The notes beneath the pieces are model-generated. The model ran no database searches. It was not told the origin of the DNA and was given only the letters and a program-made list of their open reading frames with translations. The position numbers and the translations under genes are program-made. From a virus, in the IMG/VR virus record IMGVR_UViG_3300024054_000015, positions 16,046-80,045 of that record: DNA of 64,000 nt. The stretch is one strand, 5' to 3'. This document shows positions 17,921 through 27,251 of this stretch, piece by piece. The stretch's first letter is position 1. Each line of letters begins with the position of its first letter.

Positions 17921-18014
17921 ATTGTAAGTATAGTGGAGAATGCCGCAAGTGCAAGGCCCGAGGCCGCGAATGGTGTGCGGCTCCCTTGCAAAAGCCTTAT
18001 TTATGCTTTAACAT
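17921..18014. promoter_or_regulatory. Divergent sigma70-like promoters
   Basis: Plus TTGCAA(17986)-17-TAACAT(18009); minus TTGCAC-16-TATACT; AT-rich flank. Confidence 0.55.
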
Positions 18015-18020
18015 AAAGGT

Positions 18021-18593
18021 GTGGCACCTTACCCTTCTCTTCAGAAAGTTGCGGCGATGCGGGAAGAATTCGAAAGGATGATTGAGTTAGGCAAATGCGG
18101 GTACAAGCTCGCAGTCCTCAAGATTGTTAGACCAGACACCGATCCCGAGTACACCTACCAGTTAAGGCTGGATGGGCTGCGCTATGGGCAGTTCGGCATT
18201 GTGCAGGAGGATGAGATCTTCTACGTGGTCCACGTGGGCTCGGGCAGAGTTTGCGGTGAGTTCACAGTTATTGAGACTGCTGAGCGTGAGGTTTTTCTTC
18301 TCAGAAAATTGACCGACTGGAGGAAGGTTGGCTGGAGTGACAATGAGAAGTTTCTAAAGAGTCCTTTCCGCTTCATCTGTGCTGAAGCTGCGGAGTATTG
18401 TGTAGGTCTGGACAAGCCATTTGACAGACTCGCCAAGGCTGTGAAGGCCGCTCTCCCTAAGACTAAGGAAGAGATCGTGGAAGAGTTTGCATTTGAGCTA
18501 CAGTCCACTCCATTCGGGGATGATGAGGAATTTGTACCTCCCAAGCGGTCTGAAGCCAAGAAAGACGATGGCTGGGGGCATACTATTACATAG
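18021..18593 (+). CDS. Hypothetical protein (possibly leaderless)
   Basis: First ORF of the rightward arm; GTG 7 nt after the -10 box. Confidence 0.6.
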   Translation: MAPYPSLQKVAAMREEFERMIELGKCGYKLAVLKIVRPDTDPEYTYQLRLDGLRYGQFGIVQEDEIFYVVHVGSGRVCGEFTVIETAEREVFLLRKLTDWRKVGWSDNEKFLKSPFRFICAEAAEYCVGLDKPFDRLAKAVKAALPKTKEEIVEEFAFELQSTPFGDDEEFVPPKRSEAKKDDGWGHTIT

Positions 18594-18607
18594 TGGCGGC
18601 GGCGGGC

Positions 18608-18635
18608 TTGCCTTATTACTGTTTGTGGTTACTAT
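18608..18635 (+). promoter_or_regulatory. Sigma70-like promoter
   Basis: TTGCCT-16-TACTAT; ATG 18642 lies 7 nt downstream. Confidence 0.55.
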
Positions 18636-18641
18636 ACTAAT

Positions 18642-18857
18642 ATGGCACATAAATACAGCAATTATCGTGGTCGTCCAAGGAAGTATCCATGGAAGACCTG
18701 GTTCAAAAACTCTGTGACCCATTTGGTTCGTGGTAAGGACTACCAGTGTGAACCTTATAGTCTGGCTATACAGATACGCAGGATGTCTAACATCCTGGAC
18801 ATTCCAGTTACGGTCTCCGTACATGCAGAGCGGGTGACCATTACGAGGTTGAAATGA
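18642..18857 (+). CDS. Small basic DNA-binding-like protein
   Basis: RGRPRKYPW (AT-hook-like) N-terminus. Confidence 0.6.
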   Translation: MAHKYSNYRGRPRKYPWKTWFKNSVTHLVRGKDYQCEPYSLAIQIRRMSNILDIPVTVSVHAERVTITRLK

Positions 18858-19318
18858 ACTACACAGAGAAAGACTTAAAAAGGTTCTGGAGCAGAGTCAA
18901 CAAGTCTGGACCTGTTCATCCAGTTCATGGAACCTGTTGGAATTGGAAGACTTGGGATGGACGTAACTTCTATCACTATGGTGACTTCTTCTGCCAGGGA
19001 AGAATCTACAGGGCTCACAGGTTTTGCTGGGAGCTCCTTGTTGGACCAATTCCAGAAGGACTTATCGTCTGTCACAAGTGCGATAACGGAGGTTGTGTTA
19101 AGCCTAGTCATTTGTTCCTTGGCACTTACCAAGACAATATGACTGACGCCTCTGTTAAGGGTAGGATGAAAAGTCCTAAAGCTAAATTGAACAAGACTCA
19201 GGTTAGAAGAGTGAGGCAGGGTAAGGAATCCTTGGCCAAGCTGGCTAGGGAGTTTGGAATAACTGTTCCGGCGTTGATTCAAGTGAGAAAGAGAACTACT
19301 TACAAGTGGGTGAAATAA
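18854..19318 (+). CDS. HNH homing endonuclease
   Basis: RFWSRVNK..CWNW..RAHRF..VCHKCDNGGCVKPSHLFLGT..DN. Confidence 0.9.
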   Translation: MNYTEKDLKRFWSRVNKSGPVHPVHGTCWNWKTWDGRNFYHYGDFFCQGRIYRAHRFCWELLVGPIPEGLIVCHKCDNGGCVKPSHLFLGTYQDNMTDASVKGRMKSPKAKLNKTQVRRVRQGKESLAKLAREFGITVPALIQVRKRTTYKWVK

Positions 19319-19818
19319 TGCCTAAGCTCCCTATTCCTATAGTCATTAAACCTGAACCTTGGTTCATTGGAGTAGATCCAGGTCAGTCTGGAGGAATCGC
19401 TGTAGTCTCTTTCAGTGTAAAGTGTGAGTACCTTTTCAAAATGCCTGAGACAGAGCAGGGCATTTGGGAGCTCTTTAGAGACCTATCAGTTGCATGTGAG
19501 TGTCGTGCTGTGATAGAGAAGGTTCACGCCATGCCTAAGCAGGGTGTATCATCCACATTCAAGTTTGGCTGTGGATATGGTGGGCTTAGGATGGCTCTAA
19601 CTGGAAACCTAATTCCATTTGAGGAGGTTTCTCCACAGACTTGGCAGAAGCAAATGGGTATCCGTCCTCGAGCAAAGACGGAGAGCAAGAACGATCACAA
19701 AAACAAGCTCTTAGCAGCCGCCCAGCGACTATTTCCTGGACCGAGAATTACCAAGGCTACTGCTGATGCTCTATTGCTGGCGGAATACCTGCGTCGTGAG
19801 TACAGGGGAGTCATGTAA
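19318..19818 (+). CDS. RuvC-like Holliday junction resolvase
   Basis: IGVDPGQSGGIA, AVIEKV, FKFGCGYG, PQTWQK, ADALLLA. Confidence 0.85.
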   Translation: MPKLPIPIVIKPEPWFIGVDPGQSGGIAVVSFSVKCEYLFKMPETEQGIWELFRDLSVACECRAVIEKVHAMPKQGVSSTFKFGCGYGGLRMALTGNLIPFEEVSPQTWQKQMGIRPRAKTESKNDHKNKLLAAAQRLFPGPRITKATADALLLAEYLRREYRGVM

Positions 19819-20387
19819 TGCCTAGAGTTGGCGATACTCCTTGGCAACGCTTTAAGCTCAAGTGGTCTGACTGTACGCAGTGTGAACTGTGTCAGGTACG
19901 GAAGAAGATCGTGCTGTGTCGTGGCAGTATCCCCTGTGATGTACTCCTGATTGGTGAAGCTCCTGGAGCCAGCGAAGACGTAATAGGTCAACCGTTCGTT
20001 GGACCTGCCGGTCACTTGTTGGATGAGCAGGTAGAGAATGTCATGAAGAACCTGGACTTCCCAGAGATCAGCTTCTGCTTCACCAACCTAGTATGCTGTA
20101 TCCCCAAGGTTCATGGCCGAAAGATCACTGAACCTATGGAGGAGCATGTGGACTCCTGCCAGCAGAGGAGGCTCGAGTTCATCCAGTTGTGCCAGCCTAA
20201 GATTATAGTCTCTGTTGGAGACTTGGCCTACAAGTACCTGGAGAGGGATGAGTTGGAAACCGTTAAGATCACTCATCCTGCGGCAATCCTCAGGGCTGAG
20301 GTTGTAAGGCAAGGACTTATGTATCAGAAAGTGGTGGTAACTCTAGAAAACGCCATAAGGGATCTGTTAGATGGACAAGTTCATTGA
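19818..20387 (+). CDS. Family-4-like uracil-DNA glycosylase (Fe-S)
   Basis: CTQCELC, IGEAPG, GQPFVGPAG, TNLVCC, HPAAILR. Confidence 0.85.
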   Translation: MPRVGDTPWQRFKLKWSDCTQCELCQVRKKIVLCRGSIPCDVLLIGEAPGASEDVIGQPFVGPAGHLLDEQVENVMKNLDFPEISFCFTNLVCCIPKVHGRKITEPMEEHVDSCQQRRLEFIQLCQPKIIVSVGDLAYKYLERDELETVKITHPAAILRAEVVRQGLMYQKVVVTLENAIRDLLDGQVH

Positions 20388-20476
20388 GTTAATGATGGAA
20401 CCCGAACCGGAGTTGGTTAGGGAACAGTTGGAAATGCGTCGTGAGAGGTTCTTACCAGTTACACAGGAGCAGTTAG

Positions 20477-21595
20477 ATGCCCAAGCTCGCCAGCAAGCTG
20501 AAGAAGATTCAAGAAGAAAGGCCGAAAGGCCCAGTCTGGCAGGGTCCATGTGATCCTGGTCCCAATGGAGGAGTAACACAATCGTTACTCAACTCCTTTC
20601 TGGTGTGTCGGGAAAGGTTCAGAATCAAGTACATGGAGGGACTCCAGATACCGGATGACTTCAACCACCGGCTTGAGTATGGAAACATGTGGCACGCCTG
20701 TGAGGAAGGCTTGGCTGCAAAAGACAAGGATCCCTTCGAAAGACTCACAAAGCTGGTCGTGGAACTCTGTGAGAAGTATCCACTTAAGAAGGCTGATATC
20801 ATCCACTGGTACGAGATCTGTAGGATCCAGTTTCCAGTGTACCAAGCCTTCTGGGCTGAACACGAGGATACAGACAATCTCAGACCCGTTGCTCAAGAGC
20901 TTACGTTTAGGGTAGGCTTTCTACTGCCCAAAGGCAGGAAGGTCTGGCTGCGAGGCAAGTTCGACTCCATCGACAGAATTGGAACTAAGGTCTGGCTGCA
21001 AGAGAACAAGACCAAAGGAGACATTGACTCTGCTCTCATGCAGCGGCAGTTGTCGTTCGATCTGCAGACCATGCTATACCTCACAGCTATGCACAGTCAG
21101 GCGTGGACTGGTGAGGATGGAGCGCACTATGCTCCATCAGAGGTTGCCGGCGTCCGCTACAACGTGATCCGTAGACCTCTCAGCGGTGGTAAGGGTAGTA
21201 TCCGCCAAAAGAAGAACCAAACTTCTGAGGAGTTCTACCAGGAACTTGGTGAGTTGATCAAGAGTGCTACTGGCCCAGAGTGGGGAGTATTACCAAGAGA
21301 GCATTTCTTCTTCATGCGGTGGAAGGTGGCTGTAACCAATGCGGATATAGTCGCCTATGTGCAGCACTTCCTGATCCCAGTCCTGGAGATGTTGTGTGAC
21401 TGGTATGAGGAGCAGGTGGAGTTAAAGGAAATGAACCTTCGGCCCTTCGATGGTCATCACCACTTTAGGACACCTTATGGAATCTACTCTCCACTGTATG
21501 ATGGGAAGCCCACAGACGTGGATGAGTTTCTTTCTTCAGGGAGTACCGTAGGTCTTGTGAGAACCGAAAAGTTGTTTAAGGAGTTAGCAGAATGA
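20477..21595 (+). CDS. PD-(D/E)xK exonuclease (RecB/Cas4-like)
   Basis: YGNMWH, LRGKFDSI..LQENKT, QTMLY. Confidence 0.8.
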   Translation: MPKLASKLKKIQEERPKGPVWQGPCDPGPNGGVTQSLLNSFLVCRERFRIKYMEGLQIPDDFNHRLEYGNMWHACEEGLAAKDKDPFERLTKLVVELCEKYPLKKADIIHWYEICRIQFPVYQAFWAEHEDTDNLRPVAQELTFRVGFLLPKGRKVWLRGKFDSIDRIGTKVWLQENKTKGDIDSALMQRQLSFDLQTMLYLTAMHSQAWTGEDGAHYAPSEVAGVRYNVIRRPLSGGKGSIRQKKNQTSEEFYQELGELIKSATGPEWGVLPREHFFFMRWKVAVTNADIVAYVQHFLIPVLEMLCDWYEEQVELKEMNLRPFDGHHHFRTPYGIYSPLYDGKPTDVDEFLSSGSTVGLVRTEKLFKELAE

Positions 21596-21685
21596 GTAAG
21601 AGAGTCAGTTCTTGGTGGCCCTATCTTCAAGCAGTGGTCTGGGGGATTGGGATTCTGGAAGTGTTGATCTTGTCACTTGAGGAAA

Positions 21686-22519
21686 ATGAGAATGCCGTCG
21701 GTTCAGAAACAAACAGTGGGTCAAAGGCCAGTAGCAAGCGGAGTCCTCGGAAGAATCGTACCCGTAAGCAGCTTGTCAAAGGGGATGAAGCTGTTGGTGT
21801 ACGGAAGAGGAAAAACGGGTAAGACCCGTCTGTTCTCCACGTTTCCAAAGCCTGCTCTACTGGTAGGTACTGAGGATGGAACCAACAGTATCGCCGACGT
21901 GAAGGGCCTGGACTTTATCTACCTCAGGGAAAGCTCTGAGTTGGATGAAGTTTGTACGATGCTCAAGAGTGGCAAGTACAAGTCCGTAGGCTTGGACACG
22001 GCAGGTGGATTGCAGGACTTGATCCTCAAGGAAGTGTTGGGTTTGGATAACGTACCTGTTCAGCGTAGCTGGGGAATGGCCCAGCAACGTGATTGGGGTA
22101 CAGTTGGTGTCCAACTCAAGGAACGGCTACGCAGGTTGCTAGACCTAGCTGATGCTGGTATAATGGATGTAATGGTCATCGCTCACGAAAGAAACTTCAA
22201 CGATGAGGGTGGTAGTGAGCTCATGACCCCCACAGTAGGTGCTGCCCTCAGTCCTTCTGCTGCCGGTTGGCTTAATGGAGCCACCGACTACATCTGTCAA
22301 ACTTTTATCAAGGAAGCCACCCAGACAACTACACAAAAGGTGGCGGGAAAGGAGATTAGCCAAACGAAGAAGACGGGCAAGGCTGAGTATTGCCTTAGAA
22401 TTGGAGCCCATCCTGTGTATATTACAGGGTTCAGGGTAAGAAAGTCTGCCCAACAGTTGCCTGACATGATTGTGGACCCCAGCTACGAGAAGATTCGCAA
22501 ACTCATTGACGTTTCTTGA
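21686..22519 (+). CDS. AAA-family ATPase (Sak4-like recombination protein)
   Basis: LLVYGRGKTGKT, SVGLDT, VIAHE. Confidence 0.8.
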   Translation: MRMPSVQKQTVGQRPVASGVLGRIVPVSSLSKGMKLLVYGRGKTGKTRLFSTFPKPALLVGTEDGTNSIADVKGLDFIYLRESSELDEVCTMLKSGKYKSVGLDTAGGLQDLILKEVLGLDNVPVQRSWGMAQQRDWGTVGVQLKERLRRLLDLADAGIMDVMVIAHERNFNDEGGSELMTPTVGAALSPSAAGWLNGATDYICQTFIKEATQTTTQKVAGKEISQTKKTGKAEYCLRIGAHPVYITGFRVRKSAQQLPDMIVDPSYEKIRKLIDVS

Positions 22520-22533
22520 GAAAGGAACCCTGT

Positions 22534-23697
22534 ATGGCGAAGAAAGTGACGAAGAGTTCGTTCGCGGAGCGCTTGGCTCAGGCTCACGAGGAGCATAAGG
22601 GAGACGAAACACGAGTAGGAAGTGGTGGAGATCTGCCGCCCGGTATCGATCAGGGAGTAGCACGGCTGGTCGATGTCAAGGTTGGCACCTTCCAGAAGGG
22701 TGACAATAAGGGGCAACCGTTCTTCATGGCTGCTGGAACTGTGCTGGAACCTGACACCATCACAGTGGTTGACCAGAAGACAAAGAAGTCTCGCGTGATC
22801 CACGTCAAGGGCTTGCGTACCCAGATTGGGCCGGAACCCATCTGTGATACAACCGCCAAGAAGACTGGCGTGGTGACTTCCTTGTCGGACCATTGGGATC
22901 GCGTGCTCAACCACTTGCGGTTGTTGGGAATCGATACTAAAACTATTTCTCCAGAAGATGTGATCGCGGAGGCTGAAAATGGTGAGTTTAGCTCTGGTGC
23001 TGTGTTGGAAGCACTTCTGGAAGCTGCTCCGACATTTCGTTTCCGTACTTGGCAGGGCAAGCCTAGTGCAGAGTACCCCGATCCGCGTGTGAACCACGAT
23101 TGGCGAGGGGCCTTTGACTACAGCGAGAATGGAGACGGGGATGCTGTGCAAGACTCCTCTGGGGAAAAGCCTAAGTGGGAGTCGGATGCTGAGGCTGAGG
23201 CCGGGGCCACAGAGGAAGAGGCACCCGTAGAGGAAGAGCCTGAAACCGAAGCTACTGAAGAGCCTGAAGAGGATGAGAAGGTGGACTACCTCGCCTTGGC
23301 AAAGCTGGCTGATGCTGGCAAGCCCAAGAAGGAAGCCCTGGCAGCAGCCAAGACCTTGTCTGATCACGCCAAGATGCTTGGAATCGAGGGAGCTGAGGAC
23401 ATGGCTTCCTGGGTAGAGGTGGCCGAGGCAATCGTAGCAGAGGAGCAGCCCGAGGCCGAGGAAGAGGAGGAAGAGCCTCAGGAGGAGGAAGAGTACCAGG
23501 AAGAGCCTGAGGAGTGGGCACCCTCTGAGGGCGAAGTGTGCTACCTCAGCAACGGAGCTAAGAAGGCTCCCACTGAGTGTGAGATTGTCAAGGTGTACGG
23601 CAAGGTTCAGAAGGCCGACATCAAGCGTTTGGACACCAAGAAGATTATCAAGGGTGTTCCATTCGCGAAGCTGGGGCCGGATGAGATTCCGTTCTAA
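22534..23697 (+). CDS. Putative ssDNA-binding protein with long acidic linker
   Basis: Follows exonuclease-ATPase pair; acidic tracts; C-terminal DEIPF tail typical of SSBs. Confidence 0.6.
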   Translation: MAKKVTKSSFAERLAQAHEEHKGDETRVGSGGDLPPGIDQGVARLVDVKVGTFQKGDNKGQPFFMAAGTVLEPDTITVVDQKTKKSRVIHVKGLRTQIGPEPICDTTAKKTGVVTSLSDHWDRVLNHLRLLGIDTKTISPEDVIAEAENGEFSSGAVLEALLEAAPTFRFRTWQGKPSAEYPDPRVNHDWRGAFDYSENGDGDAVQDSSGEKPKWESDAEAEAGATEEEAPVEEEPETEATEEPEEDEKVDYLALAKLADAGKPKKEALAAAKTLSDHAKMLGIEGAEDMASWVEVAEAIVAEEQPEAEEEEEEPQEEEEYQEEPEEWAPSEGEVCYLSNGAKKAPTECEIVKVYGKVQKADIKRLDTKKIIKGVPFAKLGPDEIPF

Positions 23698-23714
23698 GTG
23701 ATCCCTTTCCCAAC

Positions 23715-23768
23715 CCTTCCCATCACGGTGGAATGCTGGCTCTGCCGTGGTTGGGAAGGGTATTTTAT
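23715..23768 (+). terminator. Intrinsic terminator
   Basis: CCCTTCCCA.CACGG ... CCGTGG.TGGGAAGGG followed by TATTTT. Confidence 0.6.
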
Positions 23769-23888
23769 ATGACCCATTTGGACTACCAACTGAAACCCGC
23801 CCGCAAAATGCTCGCTGGGTCCAAACCAGTGGAGAAACGGGCTATGGCTCAACACTGGTAGGAGGGTCTTATTCTTGCGGAGAAGTTA

Positions 23889-24172
23889 TGACGCCGGAAG
23901 AACACATACAGCAAGCCGAGTTGAAGATCAGGTGGTGGCGGTCGATCATTGCCAAGAAGCCGATTACTATTCAGGTTTTCGATAAGTGTAGGAGGGAGTG
24001 GGTTGTGATTAAGGATCCTTCCTGGGATTCGATAAACACCTATCGTGAGAAGCCTAAGCCCTTTGAGGGTTGGGTAGCGACAGCCGATTGCTACCGCACC
24101 CAAGAAGACGCGAGTCGTGCTATGGGTGACACTTTCCATAGGCTGATTCACGTCCGTGAAGTGGAGGAGTGA
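23889..24172 (+). CDS. Hypothetical protein
   Basis: MTPEEHI start with GGAG RBS (start approximate). Confidence 0.45.
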
Positions 24173-24561
24173 GGATGAGTCTACCAAAGCTCGAAGATCT
24201 GATCCGAGAAAAGATCGATTACAACGGCTATACGCTCAGCTACGTTAATGTCTCGGATGCTCTTAGGCTGTTGGAGCAGTGCCGACAACTCCAGATGGAA
24301 TTAGCACAAGCTCGTGCGACCCCTAATCCTACGCGAGACTTTGTTACAGAATGTAATGAAGCCTTAGATTCAAAGAATAAGGTAATTAAGCAGTTGGCTA
24401 CAGAAGTGGAGCGGTTGCGCAATGCGCTGGAACAGTACGCCGACAGAAATCGCTGGGCTGGAGTGGATCACCAAGTAACCTGGATCAGAACTGAAGGGCC
24501 GCAGAGGGATCAGAATTACCCTGGTTGGCGGATAGCTGAGGAGGCGCTGAGGTATGAGTAA
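24169..24561 (+). CDS. Coiled-coil hypothetical protein
   Basis: Tiled ORF. Confidence 0.55.
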   Translation: MRMSLPKLEDLIREKIDYNGYTLSYVNVSDALRLLEQCRQLQMELAQARATPNPTRDFVTECNEALDSKNKVIKQLATEVERLRNALEQYADRNRWAGVDHQVTWIRTEGPQRDQNYPGWRIAEEALRYE

Positions 24562-24787
24562 AATCTATGAACCATTGGATATGCACACAGAGTGTCGGCG
24601 GATAATCAAGCTCCGCATTGCGGAGCTTGGGCTCCTGCGGGCGGAAGTGGAGCGGTTGCGGAAGGCGTTGCTGTGTCCAGAGTGCGCTGGGAAAGGACAA
24701 GTGGCTGTGTTTGGTATCACTACCGTTAACTGGATGGACTGCCCCAACTGCGAGGCAGCGAAGATCCGAAAGGAAGCACAGAAATGA
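24554..24787 (+). CDS. Small Zn-finger protein
   Basis: CPECAGKG...CPNC. Confidence 0.55.
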   Translation: MSKIYEPLDMHTECRRIIKLRIAELGLLRAEVERLRKALLCPECAGKGQVAVFGITTVNWMDCPNCEAAKIRKEAQK

Positions 24788-26280
24788 GTAAGACTAGAAA
24801 GTTGCAGTTTGAGAATCTCGAGTCCCGTCAGTTGCTCTCGACCGATCTATGGCCGAAAGGGGTGGGACTGAAGGCCGATGTCTTCGTCGATGGCGGGGTT
24901 GAATTGTCGAAGGTGTCGTTGGCAAAATCCGCCAACCTCGCTGGACTCACACGCGAAGTGTTCTTCACCAACAGTGGTGCGACGACGCGCGCTGTGATCG
25001 GTGGCAATGCCAACGATACCAACGGTGCTCTGCTGTTCCCGGATGGCCAGCCGCGATTTGGCACCATCTATGTCAACGGCGGATCGGCGGGTCATGCCAA
25101 GATAATGGGCGCGGCGGGGCGACAAGCAATAGAAACCTTCTATGCCCACGGAGGTTCCTACACCGGCTCGTGTGCTGGTGAGTTTGTGGCAGCACGTCGT
25201 ATTCCGTCGCTTTGGGGCGGGAAGGTTGGTAATCAAGGTAACACAGGAAGACAAACCATTACGTTTGATGAAACCGACCATCCGCTGGTGCAGGATTTGA
25301 TGCGCTGGAACGGCGGCAGTAATGTCGTCACCAACGTCCCGCACTATTGGGGACCGACGAACCGGGAATCTTATCCGCATCCCGAGGGGACGCTGTTCCT
25401 CGGCACGATTACGGGCGGGCTGTATCGTGGAACCGATTTCCTCGTCGAATACCAACGCGATGCGGAATCGGGGGTAACGGTGCTCAGCCCCTCCCATCCT
25501 GAGTATGGTAGGCAGGCTAGTCATACAGCCTTGATGGCGTCGATACTAAAGCGGGCCAACGATCTGTCGCGCACCACACCGGACCTGAAGGGCACGCTGG
25601 TTAGCGACCAGTCCTTGGAAATGAGCGGCCCGGAACAGAAAGTCGGTGATGGGCAGTATCACAGATATACGCTCGAGGTTCCAGAGGGAACGAGCGTACT
25701 GTACGTGGGTCTCACCAACCTTAGCGGCAACGCTGACCTCTTTATACAGAAGGATGGCGTAGCGCACGCTGGTAGCTACCTAGTGAAGTCAACCAACGTC
25801 GGCGATGACATGGTGGCAATTCCAAGCCCGGAGGCTGGCACGTATGAGATCAGTGTGTTCGGGGCACATACGGTGTTGAATGGTGCAGCCTACACTTTGT
25901 CAGTGAAAGCTCAAGCGGTGGACATGGTACTAGCGGAAGCGGAGATGAACATGAGTGACGAGGTGAAGGTCGAAGGTCCGTACACCTTCGGGTTGACCCC
26001 TGGCTCCAAGTTGGAGGTCCAGACCATTGAAGGTCAGGAGATCGATCGCCTGCGGGTGGAAATGGATCAGTTACAAAAGAAACTGGATGAGGCTAACAAG
26101 TTGTTGGCCGCGTCGATGCGACTGTTGAAGAATCGCGATTACTATTGGAGTTGGAACTATAAGCTGGAGCAATACGGCTACTTCAGCCAGGGTGAGTACG
26201 TCGGTACGGAGTTACTGGACGTGGTGAAACTGGAGGCCAGACTCGCAAATGAAAGAGCCAGCAACAGTAACGCCAGTTGA
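24784..26280 (+). CDS. Planctomycete-type exported protein (LEPR-XLL motif, class-I glutamine amidotransferase/BPL-N-like domain, PPC domain), apparently fused to a downstream small gene
   Basis: RKLQFENLESRQLLS; GGSYTGSCAG and SPSHPE; PPC-like GNADLFI..GTYEISV; internal GGAG-ATG at 25945/25951. Confidence 0.7.
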   Translation: MSKTRKLQFENLESRQLLSTDLWPKGVGLKADVFVDGGVELSKVSLAKSANLAGLTREVFFTNSGATTRAVIGGNANDTNGALLFPDGQPRFGTIYVNGGSAGHAKIMGAAGRQAIETFYAHGGSYTGSCAGEFVAARRIPSLWGGKVGNQGNTGRQTITFDETDHPLVQDLMRWNGGSNVVTNVPHYWGPTNRESYPHPEGTLFLGTITGGLYRGTDFLVEYQRDAESGVTVLSPSHPEYGRQASHTALMASILKRANDLSRTTPDLKGTLVSDQSLEMSGPEQKVGDGQYHRYTLEVPEGTSVLYVGLTNLSGNADLFIQKDGVAHAGSYLVKSTNVGDDMVAIPSPEAGTYEISVFGAHTVLNGAAYTLSVKAQAVDMVLAEAEMNMSDEVKVEGPYTFGLTPGSKLEVQTIEGQEIDRLRVEMDQLQKKLDEANKLLAASMRLLKNRDYYWSWNYKLEQYGYFSQGEYVGTELLDVVKLEARLANERASNSNAS

Positions 26281-26428
26281 GTGTCGGGTGTGCGACGGCT
26301 ATGGGGTTCTGTATCGCACCGTCGTGCAGAGAGACGGTGAAGAATACGAGGTAGCCGATGAGTGTCCAGCGTGCGGCGGGCATGGGTGGACCGTAGAACT
26401 TGTCAAAGGTGGTGTTGTTTCTGTTTAG
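26249..26428 (+). CDS. DnaJ-type Zn-finger miniprotein (59 aa; below ORF-track cutoff)
   Basis: Read by hand: MKEPATVTPVECRVCDGYG...ECPACGGHGWTVELVKGGVVSV. Confidence 0.6.
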   Translation: MKEPATVTPVECRVCDGYGVLYRTVVQRDGEEYEVADECPACGGHGWTVELVKGGVVSV

Positions 26429-26442
26429 TTTCTGTAAGGAGA

Positions 26443-26892
26443 ATGATGATGGTGCGAAGGATGTTGATGGTGTTCGTGGTGTTGGTGTTGGTGTCTGACG
26501 TGAATGCAGGTATCTTCAACTGGCGAAGAGCTCGCTGCTCCAATGGATCCTGTGGTACAGCTTCAGCAGTACAAAAGGAAACTGCTGTGCAGAAGGAAGC
26601 CGTTCAAAAGGAGGCTGTGCAGAAAGAGGCCGTGCAAAAGTCCGTGGTGGTCACGCAAGGTAGTCCACTTTACGGGATCTGCCTCCGCAAAGCTCGTCTA
26701 CAGGCGGCACGCGGACGAGTGTTTCATCCAGGAGGTAGTATGGGCAGTTGCCATTACGAAGGATGTGGTAGTGGTTCTACAGCCGCTCAAGCTCTGGCTA
26801 ATTGCTGCTTCACTGGAAAGCGACGTTGTGCAGCCTCAGCAGTAGTGCGAGGGGCGAACGGTCGTTACTACGCTACCAAACTCTTCTGGTAG
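26443..26892 (+). CDS. Secreted Cys-rich protein with AVQKE repeats
   Basis: Signal peptide, five AVQK(E) repeats (26565-26640), Cys-rich C-terminal domain; AAGGAG RBS. Confidence 0.65.
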   Translation: MMMVRRMLMVFVVLVLVSDVNAGIFNWRRARCSNGSCGTASAVQKETAVQKEAVQKEAVQKEAVQKSVVVTQGSPLYGICLRKARLQAARGRVFHPGGSMGSCHYEGCGSGSTAAQALANCCFTGKRRCAASAVVRGANGRYYATKLFW

Positions 26893-26897
26893 TCTAC

Positions 26898-26985
26898 GGG
26901 CCTGATAGTGTAATCGGTAGCACATTGCTGTTCAAGATCGGTGGCTTGGCAGTGAAGGTGTGGGTTCGAATCCCACTAAGGTCCT
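26898..26985 (+). tRNA. tRNA-like element, anticodon arm non-canonical
   Basis: D arm GTGT-AATCGGTA-GCAC, T arm GTGGG-TTCGAAT-CCCAC, acceptor GGCCTGA/TAAGGTC with one mismatch. Confidence 0.5.
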
Positions 26986-27004
26986 TGAAAACAAGACTGT
27001 AAAT

Positions 27005-27240
27005 CTGGCAGCAGTAATGTCGCAACGCACAGTCTACAACCGACCTCACGGACGCTCGCGAAAGCGTTGGTCTGGCAGGTTTGTGCGTAGCTGTAGAAAT
27101 GTCTGGTCTTTGTTCGCGGGAGCTGGACCGTCTCCACGGAGACGTTTCGAGCCTACACTCCTTTCCACAGATGGGCTTTTGTCCGGGTTAGCCGCCGGAC
27201 GCTGGTGGGCTCCGGAAGCTAATGTCCGTCCCACCCAACT
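27005..27240 (+). ncRNA. Putative structured RNA
   Basis: Nested/adjacent stems ACGCACA/TGTGCGT, GACGC/GCGTT, CGTCTCC/GGAGACG, GTCCGG/CCGGAC, GGTGGG/CCCACC. Confidence 0.3.
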
Positions 27241-27251
27241 AAGCAGTACCT

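Noticed and set aside
20477-21595. Cas4-like nuclease as evidence of a CRISPR system
   Set aside because: No repeat-spacer array or other cas genes seen; it sits in a standard exonuclease-ATPase-SSB recombination module
26285-26360. Long hairpin suggesting an ncRNA
   Set aside because: It lies within a credible 59-aa CxxCxGxG zinc-finger ORF (26249-26428), which explains the region
26898-26985. UGA-suppressor or selenocysteine tRNA implying genetic-code reassignment
   Set aside because: The TCA-centred anticodon stem pairs poorly, and genes tile normally with TGA/TAG/TAA stops under code 11
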